Of a stretch of DNA of 64,000 nucleotides, positions 25,444 through 38,532 are shown piece by piece; the stretch's first letter is position 1; the number at the start of each line of letters is the position of its first letter. This DNA is from Blasia pusilla. Taxonomy: Eukaryota. The position numbers were made by a program, and so were the translations under genes. The stretch is taken from NCBI GenBank assembly GCA_050084515.1, contig CM114271.1, positions 35,960,001-36,024,000 of the forward strand. Direction: 5' to 3'. Below the pieces are notes generated by a model, which saw nothing but the letters and a program-made list of their open reading frames with translations, was not told the DNA's origin and ran no database searches.

Positions 25444-26150
25444 TCATGGTAGTGAGAGGAGTAGTTGCTTGGAAAAGATGATCAAGACTTCAAAAGTCAT
25501 TTGACTTTGAAGTATGGTTTTTTTTCATGGTCTTTTAAGTAAAGAATACAAATGGGCAATTGGATGTATCCCAAATATTCAGGGATTTATTAAAAAAAAT
25601 TTGAAAAGTTATGTGAAGAATCTTAATTGGCCATACTAATATTTTGACTGCAAATAAAAATAAGAATTTTTTTTTCTTATTTTTGTTCTTAATCACTTTT
25701 TCAAAACTCAATTTGTTCTAAAAATTAGATCATGACATGTTCATTTATAGCTTGAAACCGTTTAAAATTAGTCATGGTAGTGAGAGTTCAAAGTTGTTTA
25801 ATAAAAAGACTTGAAGTGTCATTCAATTTTGACATATGATTCTTTCTTCATGGTCTTTTAAATGAAGAATAAAAGTTGATCGTTGGATGGATTTGAAACT
25901 TGAAGAGATTTATAAAAAATGTGAGAAATCTTACGAACTATCTTGATTTTTCATATTCATATCTCGAATGTGAATAGAAATAAGAATGTAATAATTAAAA
26001 TTAAAACTCATTTTTCATAACTCAGTTTGCACTAAAACAAAATGCTCCATAATGGTGACATATAAATAGCATGAAAAACTTTCAATATTTTTTCTTCTAA
26101 ATTAGTTATGGTAATGAGAACACAAAGTTTTTTGATAAAGAAGATCAATA
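25444..26150. repeat. Diverged ~330 bp tandem repeat, about 2.2 units
   Basis: Units start TCATGGTAGTGAGAG near 25444, 25773 and 26106; the first two share TCATGGTCTTTTAA..AAGAATA. Confidence 0.7.
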
Positions 26151-26638
26151 AATGAAGCGTCATCTGAGATGTATGACAAGATAGTATTGAGACTTTAGAG
26201 GGATCTTATACTTCCCTATTTGTAGAGATCATATATGACTTACTCTTAGGATGTGACCTACGAGTGTAGGTCACCCTTCCCTTTCTAAGCAGTGACAACC
26301 TTAGAGAGGTTGATCTTCCCATCCTTTTCATGCAATCACTTGGGCCTATAGGGTTGGAGGTTAGTTGCCATTTGAGTAGTAGTTGGTCTTATGAAAGGAC
26401 TGTATGTGTAGTTGTTAGGGAGTTAGAACCTTATATACTCTAGAGTTTTAGTGTTTTTTTGTATATAGATCATCCATGGAGATGCCGGCGTTGAGAGGAA
26501 GGAGGGTAGACCTCGGATGAAGCTAATTTAGAGCTCATCTTCCTTAGACCACACCCATGTTGGGAATGCATGATACAATAAAACTTGCATATATTGATTT
26601 TGGATTTTCTCTTGAAGAGAGGGCTAGGATTGATCCGT

Positions 26639-26967
26639 GATCATACATATTAAGAGTTCACTATAGACTATCTCTTGCTGCTATCTCAGTGTATATCATC
26701 GAATGGATGACCTATGGCATGTCTAACACCACCTCTCATTAGGATTCCTTAGGGAAAATGGCTATGCTCCAAAAATATATAGAATAGATACTAAGTTATT
26801 ATGATCGGAGATCATACATATTAAGAGTTCATTGTAGTCTATCTCTTACTACTATCTTAGTGTGTATCATCGAGTGGAGGGCATATTACATATCTAATAC
26901 TACCTCTCACCAAGATTCCTTAGGGAAGATGGATATGCTCCAAAAATATATAGAATAGATACTAAGT
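26639..26967. repeat. Tandem duplication, 2 x ~171 bp
   Basis: GATCATACATATTAAGAGTTCA...CTCCAAAAATATATAGAATAGATACTAAGT repeated at 26639 and 26810. Confidence 0.9.
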
Positions 26968-27219
26968 GATTATAGATATAGACTTGTGTTAATAACATAA
27001 TTGACAAGAAGGTGACTAACAATGGGGCTACTTGAGCTCTCGACCTTTTGGCTCTTAGAATCCTAGAGATATGTGTTATGGTAGGTAAGGATGGATAACT
27101 TTTTGGAGTAAGAGGGACCTAACCACCAACTAGGAGGGTGATTGGAGATATTTTGGTACACAATCGCCTATATGTTGAAATATCGTGAGTAAGTATGGTA
27201 TCTTGTGTTTAACTGTTTG

Positions 27220-29030
27220 TATTTGGTGACAAATATATGTTATGGAGCGATGTGTATGCAAATGAAACCAACTATAAGTTGGATGATACGATGGATAAAA
27301 TCAAATCAAGATTGGTTCAATAATGTTTTTCTTATATGAAAGGTTTTGATTACTAGAAGAATTTTGCCCCTATTGTAGGGATAAAAAATATTTGAATTGT
27401 TCTAGATGTGGCAGAAATAAGACGTTGGCATATATACTAATATGATATGAAGTATGCATTTTTGGACATGAGTCTCAAGGAGGAGGCATTGATGTATGTA
27501 TCTCAACCATCAAATTTGAGATATCTAGAGTACAAGAGAAAGTATGTTTCCCAAGATTTAGTCGAATACTCAAGTTGAATATTTGATATGGATTTTTTAG
27601 GAATTTAACATAAAATTAATCGAGCATTATTTGGGTTGAAGCAAACATGTACAGTATGATATTGATGAATATATGAATACATTCTTCAAAGAACATGGCC
27701 TCACTATGAGTCTCTAAAAGGCAAAATTTTACGTCCTTTGCAAAGATGGGATGTACATTTTAATTTTCCTTAAACTTCATGCATGTGGATGTCATTGATT
27801 TCATCATCACAAGAGATCATCATAAGAAAATAGAGGAAATAAAGGAAGTATTGAAATTTAAGTTTTAAGTTTTAGATTGAGATCTTTTGCATTACTTCAT
27901 TAGGCTCAAAATCTAGCAACAGTTAGATTTTAATTTTCTTTCTCGGAAAAAGACTAAGTATGCTAGAGAAATCTTGTAGGTATTTGGGATAAATGAGTGT
28001 AAGGAAGTGGTCTCACATATGGAGGTAAATTCAAAACTTTCAACAGAGGATGTTTCACCATTAGTTGATGAAAATATGTATAAAAGACTAGTGGACAATT
28101 TGATATTCTTGTGGGACACACAATCAGATGTTAGACTTGTTGTGAATGTATTAAGTAGGTTTTCAACTAAGCATGGGTGACAATCAATGGAGAGTAGGCT
28201 TGGGATGCATGTATTGAAGAACATCAAAGGCATTATTGACTACATCACCAATGAAGATAAAAAAAAAGGAGATTTTGCAACTTGGATTGGGCGCGAGACT
28301 TAGATTTCCAGAGATCTATTTTTGATTAGTGCTTCTTAGAAGGATTAGATGTTGTATCGATGGTCAGTAAGAAGCAACATATAGTGGCCATTTCTTCTAC
28401 CGAGACTAAGTACAATGCAGTTATGCTTTGTGTAAATTAGTTTCAAATTTTTTGAGGTGAATACTTGAGGATATATGAAAAGAGGCATAAAAAAAATGCT
28501 ATGTAATGTGGTGCGACAATCAAAGGTGTATTACCATCGCTCGTAACCTTGTATTTCATGCTTTTACCAAACACATAAAGAATCTTTATTAGAGATCCAA
28601 TATACTTTTTTTCCATGAGCTCATTAAGAGAGAGGTCTTAGAGTTAGTCTATTGTCCAATTGAAGATAAATGTGTAGAAATCTTTATCAAATCTTTGAGT
28701 TGAGATCAACTTCGAGGACATTTGAAGGGTCTTAACATCGATCTAAGACAATATTCTATCTTAGAGAGGATATTGAGGGGTGTGTTGGATATTCAACACC
28801 CACTTTTTGTTTTGCACCTATTATTTTGAAGGATCCCCTTGTATGAGAAGAAGCCTACTAGACATCGTCGTCCCAACGTATTCATAGGTCCGACATCAGA
28901 GGAGTTATGGTTGTATGACGTAGGTGGTTTACATATTATAGTGTTATTAAGATGGTCTAAACCTATTATGCATCACATGTGCACCATGATCCACAATAGG
29001 GTACGGATAAATGGGAAAATTTTCTATAAA
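27220..29030 (+). mobile_element. Old Ty1/Copia remnant (RT-RNase H, PPT, partial 3' LTR), same family as element B
   Basis: Degenerate RT/RNase H (VSPLVDENMYKRLVDNLIFL, VSKKQHIVAISSTETKY, WCDNQ); purine tract then LTR start TGTTGGATATTCAACACCCAC at 28783, homologous to the element B LTR start. Confidence 0.8.
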
Positions 29031-30043
29031 TAGAATTGAAGTAGAGTGGGCTCACAAAAGACTCTCAAATGGTTTGCGAAATGTGGGTATACAAGTATGA
29101 ACTTACAAAGCAGTAGACCACGTGAAAGATTGACTTGCAAAATGATTGTGATGCTTCTCTCATCCCTACTAGCTAGTGAATTTGATCTTTCTTGAATCTC
29201 TTGAATATATGAAAAAAAATCGCCACATCATTTACCAAGTAAATGGAGACTAATAAATGACCAAAATTGTCATCCATGGATTTTTTCAACGATGAAAATA
29301 TAGTACATGCATATATAAAGTGAAGAGTATATGGGCTGGTTGAAGCCAAACACAATGATCTTATTATCAAAGATAGATTTATGAACCAAAAAAATTCCCT
29401 ACCTACTTGATGTATGTCCTTTGGGGTTTCCTACTAATGTTATACCTTGTGCAACTAATTACTTAGTCCCATCTAACTAATATAGGAAAAGTGGTTCTTT
29501 CATTAACGTATGCATGGCACGAGCACTAGTGGTGTCTATTCTAGAGACCTCACCTACCACATCTGCCAAATGTGGTATGTGCACCAGGGCTCGGTCAGTA
29601 CCAACATTTTTGTAAAGGTTGTCGGCAGAAATCAGAAATTTCCAAGAGAGAACAAAAGGGATCAAGAGAGAAACCTGAAGGGAATACTGAAATCTCAAAA
29701 ACTAGGCTCTCTTTTAGAAATTTGTCGGCTATTTTGCCAAGTTGGCGTGTAGTTTCTCAGAGGGCTTTCCAAGTACATTGTCCAGAAAATAGGGATTTCT
29801 TAGAAGGGGTCAAGTACTGTTGAGGCGTGATACCTAGCAAGATGCTTAGGGTCACATTGTCATAGCTCACAAGATGCAAGGAAACGGGAGAGAAATGTAG
29901 AGTTACGAAGTTGCACTATTGCAACTTGCGGGTAGTGAGGGTAGTATGTCAAACTCTCCTTTCTCTTGCCTCATTATTCTTTGCAAGTTCGTTTCCCTTG
30001 ATTCTCTTCCCTCCGATTCTTTGAAGTCCATATTTATCCAAAG

Positions 30044-32910
30044 CAAGGTTAATCGTTGCACGTGGACAAAGTCCATGGTTGCAGAGATATCCATGTCCTT
30101 AGACTTACATCCATCCTATGGAAGGGCTTGTCCATGTGGACCCCACCTTCCCCTTGTTTCTCCTTCCCCGCAGTTAGTTTCGTGTTCCATACTCTCCCAT
30201 TTCTTCCTCCCTCCACCTCCACCTCCACCTCCACTCCCTCTCCCTTCATTTATCCACTCACACTTGCCATGCCTTCCATCATGAACTATAAGTGTGGGTC
30301 CCACCTCTTGCAATCCATGTTTGTGGACATGTCTAGACTTTTCTTTCCATGTCAGTCCTAAGGACGGACTTGTCAGTTTTTGTGTAACCATGCTCTCAAG
30401 ACTCTGAACTTCCGAATTGGTTCGAGACTCCAAGTTTGACTATATGAGACTCTAGACTCCGCATTACGCATGTATTGTCACAACTCCGTCGAATTAGTTT
30501 CTCCGAAGTCCAAATTGCCATTGCTTATTTGAGGAATATTTATATGTGTTGCAAGACTGCAACATGTTAGATGTCATTACCTTGTTGCCATTGCTATAAA
30601 AGTTGTTGCAAGGTGTTTTTTGTGGCCATTGCTAAGGTGTTATGTGAGCCCATGAGGTGAAGGTGTTGTCGTGTGAGACCTGAAATCGTTCTTGGTGTTG
30701 TTATGGGAGACGTAAAATCCTTTGTAATAGTGTGGCTACGTGGTGTGGCCATAGGAGACTTGAAATCAGTGACTTGGGGCTGCATTGTTGCTATAAGATA
30801 ATTCCATGTGACTTTTTTAGCTGGGTTGTGGACTCCTTGAGTAGTTGAGTGCCAACTCTTAGACTCCCTTCCACACTTCAGACACATTCACCTTTTGATA
30901 TCAAGTGTCATAAGTCTCATGTCGTGCATCTTAGCTAGCTTACTCATCACTTTGTGAGTTTACTTTTTAAACCCTTTCTCATATATATATGGGATTCTAA
31001 TGATATAGGGGTTATACCCTTGAGTCTTTATATTTTTCCTAGGAGTCGTGGCTAGTATCTACATGACTATTTTTTGAATTTCAGTAAGTATTTAGCTTTA
31101 AAATACAATTGAGAGTCTTGAGACTTGAATGAATAACATACAAACCATCACTACCCTCTACATACAACCAAAATATATATGAGTTTATGATTCATAGCCA
31201 TGATTGCTAAGCACTTTAGATTATAGAAACTCATGCTCGGCTAGGCCTTGCAAAATTTTCCCTAGACCTTGTTACTTTTGAGTTTTGAGAAACCTCCCTA
31301 AGGGTTTTTTTGTTGCACAACCTACATTTGAGACTACAAACCTAGATTGGGGCATGCTTCAGATGCTTGAACTATTATTGTAATCCCATGTGGAGGATAT
31401 ATCAGCCAACCATGCATCTTGAGGTAAGAGACAAAAATCCCTGAAATATCTAGGGCTGAAAAAGAGGACTCAAAGTGAACTAGCCAATGAAACAAACTCA
31501 TGTGAGGAGAAAAATTCAACCTATGATCTTGCGGTTTCAAATCTTGAAGAGAACAACAGATTTTGGAAAGACTTTTGGTATCAAGCCTTTGATTGGATCA
31601 ACGTGTGTTTGCCACATCTATATTTTCACTTTTATAGATCATGGTAAATCTAAAGAACATAAAAAGTTAGTAACATAGTGGTAGAAGACCTCTTGAGAAA
31701 TCCATTGCTAGCACAAATCAAAACTGTGACTAGGATGTGGTCAATCTCTTTCGAAGAGCTTATTTCATGACAAAGTATTTGTTGCCTTTTTTCATTCCCT
31801 GGTCTCTTTACATTAACAAAATCAAGTTGTGTTTTGACAACAAAATCAATGTACGAGGACGACAAAGCTTTTGCGCATATGATAACATGTATTGGTTTGG
31901 TTCTACAAAGATTAATTTTAGATAGGGTTAGACTTAGTCCCTTTTATGGACTAATGGTGGATGAATGCAAAATAATTAATAGTAATAGTAATCTTGTGGC
32001 CATTGTCACTTAGATTGATGAAGTTCAAATGTTGACCTTGTTCTTAGGATTCATTGGAGTTGATCACAAGGATGTCGAGTCCATTTCAAAGTGTATTGTA
32101 TTCTCACTTAGGGAATGAGGCACCATGATTGGTTGTAGAAATGGGGTAAGTTCCCATTTGAAGAGGAATGTTAGGCCTTACATTACAAGTGTCCTTTGCT
32201 TGGCACACTTGACAAACCTTGTTGCTCTTGCTGCAACAAAGATTCCAAGGTGCAAGCACCTTAGCGATGAGGTACATGACATTTTGAATTATGTTGCTTA
32301 TTATTTCAAGAAAATTTCAAAGCAGAAGTCTAACATTCCTTCTTTATAGGAAGAGCTCAATGATTCTAGTAAAGTCATGAAACGATATCAGAAGGTGAGA
32401 TGGCTTAGCACATGGCAAGCGATGGCCTCTTTGTGTGATAGTTTAGAATAAAAAATGGTTTCCTTCTCTGATGTGAATCCCAAAGAAGATAATGGTGTAG
32501 CTTCTCTTCTTCTGAAGAGGTTGAAGTCCTTCAAAATGATTTACATCCTTTTTTTCTTGCCGACTTAACTTCATTCTATGGCCATGTTGAGTGAATTATT
32601 TCACATGGAAATTTTGGATATATGTACTAAAGTGCCTATTGTTTAGACTCAGGTAGTACATGTTAAAATGAACTATATATATGAAAGTGTAAATATGAAT
32701 GCCTATCTCATATCTTCATCTCCTTCCACATTATGGTCCTAATGATGGATACATGTAGCACTTGAAATTATAGATTAGGGGCTCCTTCTTTCATCCAATC
32801 CAAACGCAAAGGAATATCACAAGAAAATATTTAGAAGAAGCTAGTTTTTTTCAAAGGAATTTTGTTGAGGCTACATGTGTAGCTCTGCAAGAAAGGTTTG
32901 AAGAAAAATC
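30044..32910 (+). mobile_element. Degenerate hAT DNA transposon with ZNF862-like transposase pseudogene
   Basis: Terminus CAAGGTT..GTTGCACGTGGAC at 30044; transposase remnants at ~31700-32900: SPFYGLMVDE, TMIGCRNGV, SVLCLAHLTNL (CxAHRxNL), KVRWLS; 3' TIR not found. Confidence 0.75.
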
Positions 32911-35900
32911 CTCTTGAACTTGCCCAGGTAATTCTACCCCTTCATGGTAGTTTCTCAATGATATCATTACCTTTTGTAAATCTTGTAACATTTGAAAGTA
33001 TTTGTCTTCTTTAGGGTCTAACCCTTCTTACAAAGAGTATTCTACGTATGGATACTCTTTGTAGGAAGGGCTTTTGCACCTCCACCCAGCGGATGGGAAA
33101 AATGTGGTTCAATCCTAGCCAGAAGTAAAACCAAATTAAATCCCTCTCTATATTAGAGTCAAATTAAAAATTGAGACGGAAAGTGAGGAAAGAACATAGG
33201 AAAACAAGACACAAATAAAATAAAATAAAAACCAAAGGAGAAAAAATGTTTTCAGAAATTGAAAAAAGGAGATACTCCAAACCATATGCAGAAAAATTAT
33301 TCAAATCTAAATTCTTAGGAAGGAAACCGCTGGTCATGTATTAAAACTGGGAAAAAAGAAACTTGCCGGGGAAACCTGAATAGCATGCAAAATACTGTCG
33401 ACCCGGAGGCCGGAAGTGCAGTGCACGAAAAAATTGGGCAAAATGTGCACAGGAAGAAGTGCATTTATAATCGCTTCCATAAAGATAAAGGCTCGCTGGC
33501 ACTTCATTGTCCCCGTTTAATTCGATGGAAAACCCCCCTGATGAGGAATCATGGAGGATGATGCCACCAAACGAATGCACATGATGCAACTAATGTCTGT
33601 TTTAACTGCACACTCAGTGCAGAGCACACACTAAAAGATGAGCCCCCGACCGCCACCTTCCTCGTGAAGTGACGTGAACGATATGATCCACCAACTGCCG
33701 GCTTGTAATCGGCTACCTGTCCACAGTTCAAAGACACGACGTTGACCAATAAGAGCGTGCTGCTACACTTCGAACATGGGATTTTGATTACTTGCGTGCT
33801 AAGGTATCAAGAGTTGAAGGATGTCTGGCCTAGTACATTTCAATTCTCCAACAAAGGAAAAGAACACCCGATGTTCACAATACGTGGCAGGTATTCTTGA
33901 GTTGCACGTGGAATACCTAAGGTTCTGAAATATAGCATCCACCAATTCCAGGATCATAAAAGGAACAGCCATTGAACCCCACTATCCAAATTTCTACGTT
34001 GAACCCATTCTCGAACGTTTCTTAACTTATCATGACATGCACCATCAGGAGGCTTTTCAACATAAGCTGGCAATTTACCTTTCAACATCCCAATACCCGG
34101 CGTCCACCCCATTAGTCTTAGAGTGGAAAGCTTTAGAATGCGCAAGTACTACTTTCTTCAGGACATTTTGATTACCTTTGGGTGTCGAGTTCAAAGAGAG
34201 GGAGTAGGGGCCGGCTATTGGGAATTCAGCGGTCTGGATCTCTAAACTCGTAAAAAAATAACACGGCTAATTAATACTAATACGGTGGACACTATGGACA
34301 CTAACAGGGTGGAGTTCACATCCTTTCGTTAAAAAAATTCATGTCCGATTGTTTAAAAATTCATATCAGAGCTTGCAGGCTCTGCACTCGACTATTGTCG
34401 TAAACTAATGGGTTCTCATGGGCCGTAATTACTTGCGGTTGGGCTGAGTGGACTCGATCTTCTGAGGCACTAGAACCGACCATTCAGTGATCAAAAGACA
34501 GCATGAAACTCAGCTCCCAACAGCAGCTGCGGTTTTGAACATAAGCAATTAAGGACACATGCAACAGCGCAACCCAGATTGGGCGAGTAAGCGCTGCAGC
34601 AACCTCGACAATAGGATCCCCACTTCTGGTGGCATACGTTTGTGAAACTCGTGTAAGACGACAACAGTGACCATTTCAAATCTCCAATGAATGAGGAGAA
34701 CCATCGCAGCAGAAATATGTGTTCTTGCCGAAAGTAGTGTGAGGAGGAAAATTTCGCTAAACTCACCAGTGAACTAAAGAAGCGGTCTGTACGGATAATT
34801 ACAGAAATGACGGAAAGCAACTTGAGCCAACGGTGTGCTTTCATTCGGGAAAGCTTGAATTTCGTGTAATCGGAAGATTATGAAGCTAATCACCTCAAAT
34901 GTGTGTATCCCAAGAATTTCAACGTTTCCAGCAAAGCACAGAAAACCCAATTACGAGGCTACATCTCCGAGTCTCACTGATTATGAAAATGCTTTCAACA
35001 TCCCGTTGTGGTTCGTAAGCACAACCATGTTGTGCTATCTTTTAATATGGACAGGGACAGCGCAAAGACATAATCCTAAGAATTAATTAGATTGAGGAGC
35101 ACAGATCAATCTCGTATTTACAAAGATGAGGGGCAAGTGAATCGTCTCAAAGAGACGTCGTGTGGCAAGTGAAGTAGTCAAGCGACTCCTTCGTCCCCAA
35201 TCTCTCTTCTTTCGGGTCTATCCTCGCAAATCCTTGACAGTCACTACTTATTGAGTTCCATATCTTCTAGCTTCTAAAAAGCTTCGTGGTCCATTTTCCT
35301 ATTTCTCAGTAGCACGGGGTGGTCTTCCCGAAAGAAGAGGTAGGAAGCAGAAACAGAACAGCCTCGTCTTGAACCGGAGCTCCACAAGGCCTGACAGTGC
35401 ACCGTGACACGCCCCATTAATAGAAGTTCTGTGGTCTTCCCCACTCCGTAAGAATGTCGGAACACCTTTCACCCCACCCGTTGCATGTTGCCCAGCACCT
35501 ATTCAGCTTTTGGAGATCGACGATCGCAAAAGCAAGGAATTTGTGATATCATCTCTGACCACTACCACTACTCGTGTCGTGAAAAGTAGGAAAAGTAAAT
35601 TTGGGGGAAACCTAGATTAGCCAGCGTGAACTTCTCAGTTCGTTGCGTCAGAGTAATCAGATCTGATGTTGGTCCCGAGACTTCACTAATGTATGTCAGC
35701 AGTAGCTAAGCTTGTGATCCACCCTTTTAGCAAGACAGACGTAATCCCTGCCCGAAACGCCTTTCACTGTGTGCCAGTTAAAAGGCGTTACAAATCATTG
35801 GAGCCATGGACAAACTTCGAGCAGTTCATTTGAGATCAAATTCAGTGTATCCTTTCTGAAGATTTTTTCTCATAGTGCTCTGCCTGCATAATAGATTTTC

Positions 35901-36515
35901 CCGGAGCCAAAGAAAAAATCATGTTTTGAAGAATCATTGAGAGTTGACATTTCCTACCCTGTACTACTTGCATCTGCATGTAAAAGATAGATATTGAAAT
36001 CGCTCCTCCGCCAGAAAATGCTCAAGTCATCGAGTTGCACCGGATGCCTTCACTCCCTCCTACGAGTTCTTCTTTGCGAACCTTACCTCGTCATTTATCT
36101 ACAGCTAAACTCTGAAACTGTGAATATCATGCAAATGGATGCATGATATGATTCTTCACGTTCTGTATTAGCTCTACAATCTCCTCCTAAGGGTACAAGA
36201 TACATGCGTTCGGCTTGTAAAATTTTGAACTCCAGCGGTTCTAGATCTAATCCTCTATCCAAAAACTGCTCTTAACTCGCTCCACATCCAAAGACTGGAA
36301 AATTAATCGATCTAAAGCTACTTGTTACAAGAACTGCTCCCCTCTCATCATGAACCGATGGTTGGGATTTCTAAGAGAACTATACAATTCATTCATCCTG
36401 ATGGCCTTGGACACTACTGCTGCAGTTCAGCGTCAAATCGAAGGGATTGAAGGCCCACTTCATGTGGCCTCTCTAGATGTCCTCGTCGATCGCAAATCGT
36501 TGCTAGGAGCCTCAG

Positions 36516-37703
36516 CTACAATTCCTTACTGTCGAATGGTTCTGCAGCGTCGGACCACACTTTCCGCCAGTAACCCAAAGGTTTGCTGAAGAGTTTATCT
36601 GCAGTGCTGAAATTTATTTCTTCCATCTTATCCACAGCAAGAGGGTATAGATCCAATTGACTCGATGCTATCTTAATACCGAAAGTAGGGGCGAAAGGAA
36701 AGTCGGAGCCGAAGGTGATTTGATTGTTTGGGATGAATGCGACAGTGCTAGGCAACGCTGAAGGGCTCGAAGCCAGGGCCGTGTCCACGTAAAAGCTCTT
36801 GAGCTGCTCCATCGTGATCTCGAGATTCCTCCTCGACAGGAAGGTCAAAGCACCTGCCATACGATACGCAGCGAAGGGCATGAATCCTCCAGAATGAGAC
36901 AGAATGAACTTAATGTTGGGATAGCGCCCGATGACATCTTTGAGCACCAGATTGGCTGCTGCGCGGGTGGTGTCCAGAAGGAAGTCCATCACGAAATCAG
37001 GAACTCCAGTGTCTTCAACATGCTCCGGTTTTGGTGGTACTGGTATGCTATTGGGATGAACAAAGACCACAGCGTCACGCGCATTCAGCACCTCCATCAA
37101 TGGATCAAATTTCTTACTGCCCAGATACTCTCCCTCGGAGTTGGCGAGAAGCACCACACCGGCAGCTTTCAGGGTGTCCAGAGCATAGATCGCTTCCGCG
37201 ATGGAACCCTCCACGTCTGGGAGCGTAAGCGTGGCCCAGAACTGGAAACGCCCTGGATGAGTCAAGGCCAACATGTGGCCATACTCGTTCAGCTTGCGGG
37301 CGAGCTTCCGGCCTGCGTCCAAGGTTTCACCCTCCAAACGAGCACCGGGTGCGGAGATGGCGACAATAGCTGTTTCAATGTGCAAATCATCCATGAGATT
37401 CAGGTGCTCTGAAACATTCCATTTCGGGATAGGTCTCCCCCCCGAGCTCAAGCCCTTTTGCTTCAAAATGTCGTAGTAGAACGGAGGAATGAAGTGTGCA
37501 TGAGTGTCGATCCTCCTGTCTGGAACAAAGATCCCTCTCTGCGCCTGTTCAACAACATTAATGGCTGAAGGAGATGCAGGTGAAAGCACAAAGTGTCTGA
37601 TCAATGCGAGAAGCACCAAGGCTCGCGTGACATAACGCCAGGTCGCAATTCTCTTCGTATCCTTACTTGGTTTTGAAATCTGCTGAGAACTTCTGGAGTC
37701 CAT
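36516..37703 (-). CDS. Amidohydrolase-2 family metal-dependent decarboxylase (6-methylsalicylate decarboxylase / ACMSD-like), 395 aa, single exon
   Basis: First ATG at 37703 (the ORF-track start is GTG). Motifs RIDTHAH (HxH), VFVHP, DFLLDTTRAA, RYPNIKFILSHSGG, FYVDTA and FGSDFPF (catalytic Asp) are intact. ~55-aa N-terminal extension with a hydrophobic stretch; C-terminal tail ends DSKEL. Confidence 0.93.
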   Translation of the reverse strand: MDSRSSQQISKPSKDTKRIATWRYVTRALVLLALIRHFVLSPASPSAINVVEQAQRGIFVPDRRIDTHAHFIPPFYYDILKQKGLSSGGRPIPKWNVSEHLNLMDDLHIETAIVAISAPGARLEGETLDAGRKLARKLNEYGHMLALTHPGRFQFWATLTLPDVEGSIAEAIYALDTLKAAGVVLLANSEGEYLGSKKFDPLMEVLNARDAVVFVHPNSIPVPPKPEHVEDTGVPDFVMDFLLDTTRAAANLVLKDVIGRYPNIKFILSHSGGFMPFAAYRMAGALTFLSRRNLEITMEQLKSFYVDTALASSPSALPSTVAFIPNNQITFGSDFPFAPTFGIKIASSQLDLYPLAVDKMEEINFSTADKLFSKPLGYWRKVWSDAAEPFDSKEL

Positions 37704-38532
37704 TTGGAAACCTACACTCTTGTGAAGCTCACCACCGACAGCGTCCACGAAATCCGCTTCTTAAGTACTTAAGAGATCTACAGACCGGTACCGATGAAGA
37801 ATACGACTGACCTCTACAATAGCGCTCACCGGCTACAGATTCGCTTCCTCTCCTTGTCCAGATGACGCTCGATCGAGGGATATAAGTCCTTCCCAATGCT
37901 TGATCGTTTAAATGTAAAACGCTCAAGCACCTTCCAAGCGTGTGAATCAAAGAGTCACGTGGAGACTCCGGGTTTAGTCAACTTGAGGAATCAGTGAAGA
38001 TTGCACCGAAGAGAGACCTCAGCAGCAAGGACGGCGCGGGAGTGCTGTGACAGTTGGTGAGGTGACGCGGAGCTTAGCTGGTAAGCTCAACACCCTCCGC
38101 CTAAACAACGCGTTCACCTAGACTCATCGCTCACCACCAAAGCTATCGGTGGAGTCTAGATAAATGTTCGAGTAAGTTCTGAAATCCGATTCTAACACAG
38201 ATCAGATGACTTCTGCTCTGCTGAAGGTCAGGATGACTCGATCTGTTGGGTCCGCCAAGTCGTAGACACTCATCACTTGCGGTTGATTTACGCTAGGACA
38301 GGATATCTGTCGTAGGACCTGCAATCGCCAGTGAATCTTCCGAGAAACGCTCACATCGTCGGCCTTCACAAACACGAGCTTGGGTAGTCTACCCAAAGAC
38401 TCTCCACCTCGTGGTCGTTGACGAGGGCCCTGGCCCAGTGAATGGGGCCCAGTCTGGCATGGCTACGCAATTTCATTATTTATGCTATACGGCACAGAGC
38501 ATCTTTTCATTCTCAGCCTGTCCCCGTGTGGG

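Noticed and set aside
33405-33430. Minus-strand TGCACTGCACTTCC resembling miR408
   Set aside because: Only a partial match and no complementary star arm.
36516-36530. C-terminal SKEL as a peroxisomal PTS1
   Set aside because: PTS1 needs a terminal SKL-type tripeptide; here the terminal tripeptide is KEL.
36894-37476. Plus-strand ORFs overlapping the amidohydrolase (and minus-strand ORFs over TLP18.3)
   Set aside because: Antisense shadows of real coding sequence.
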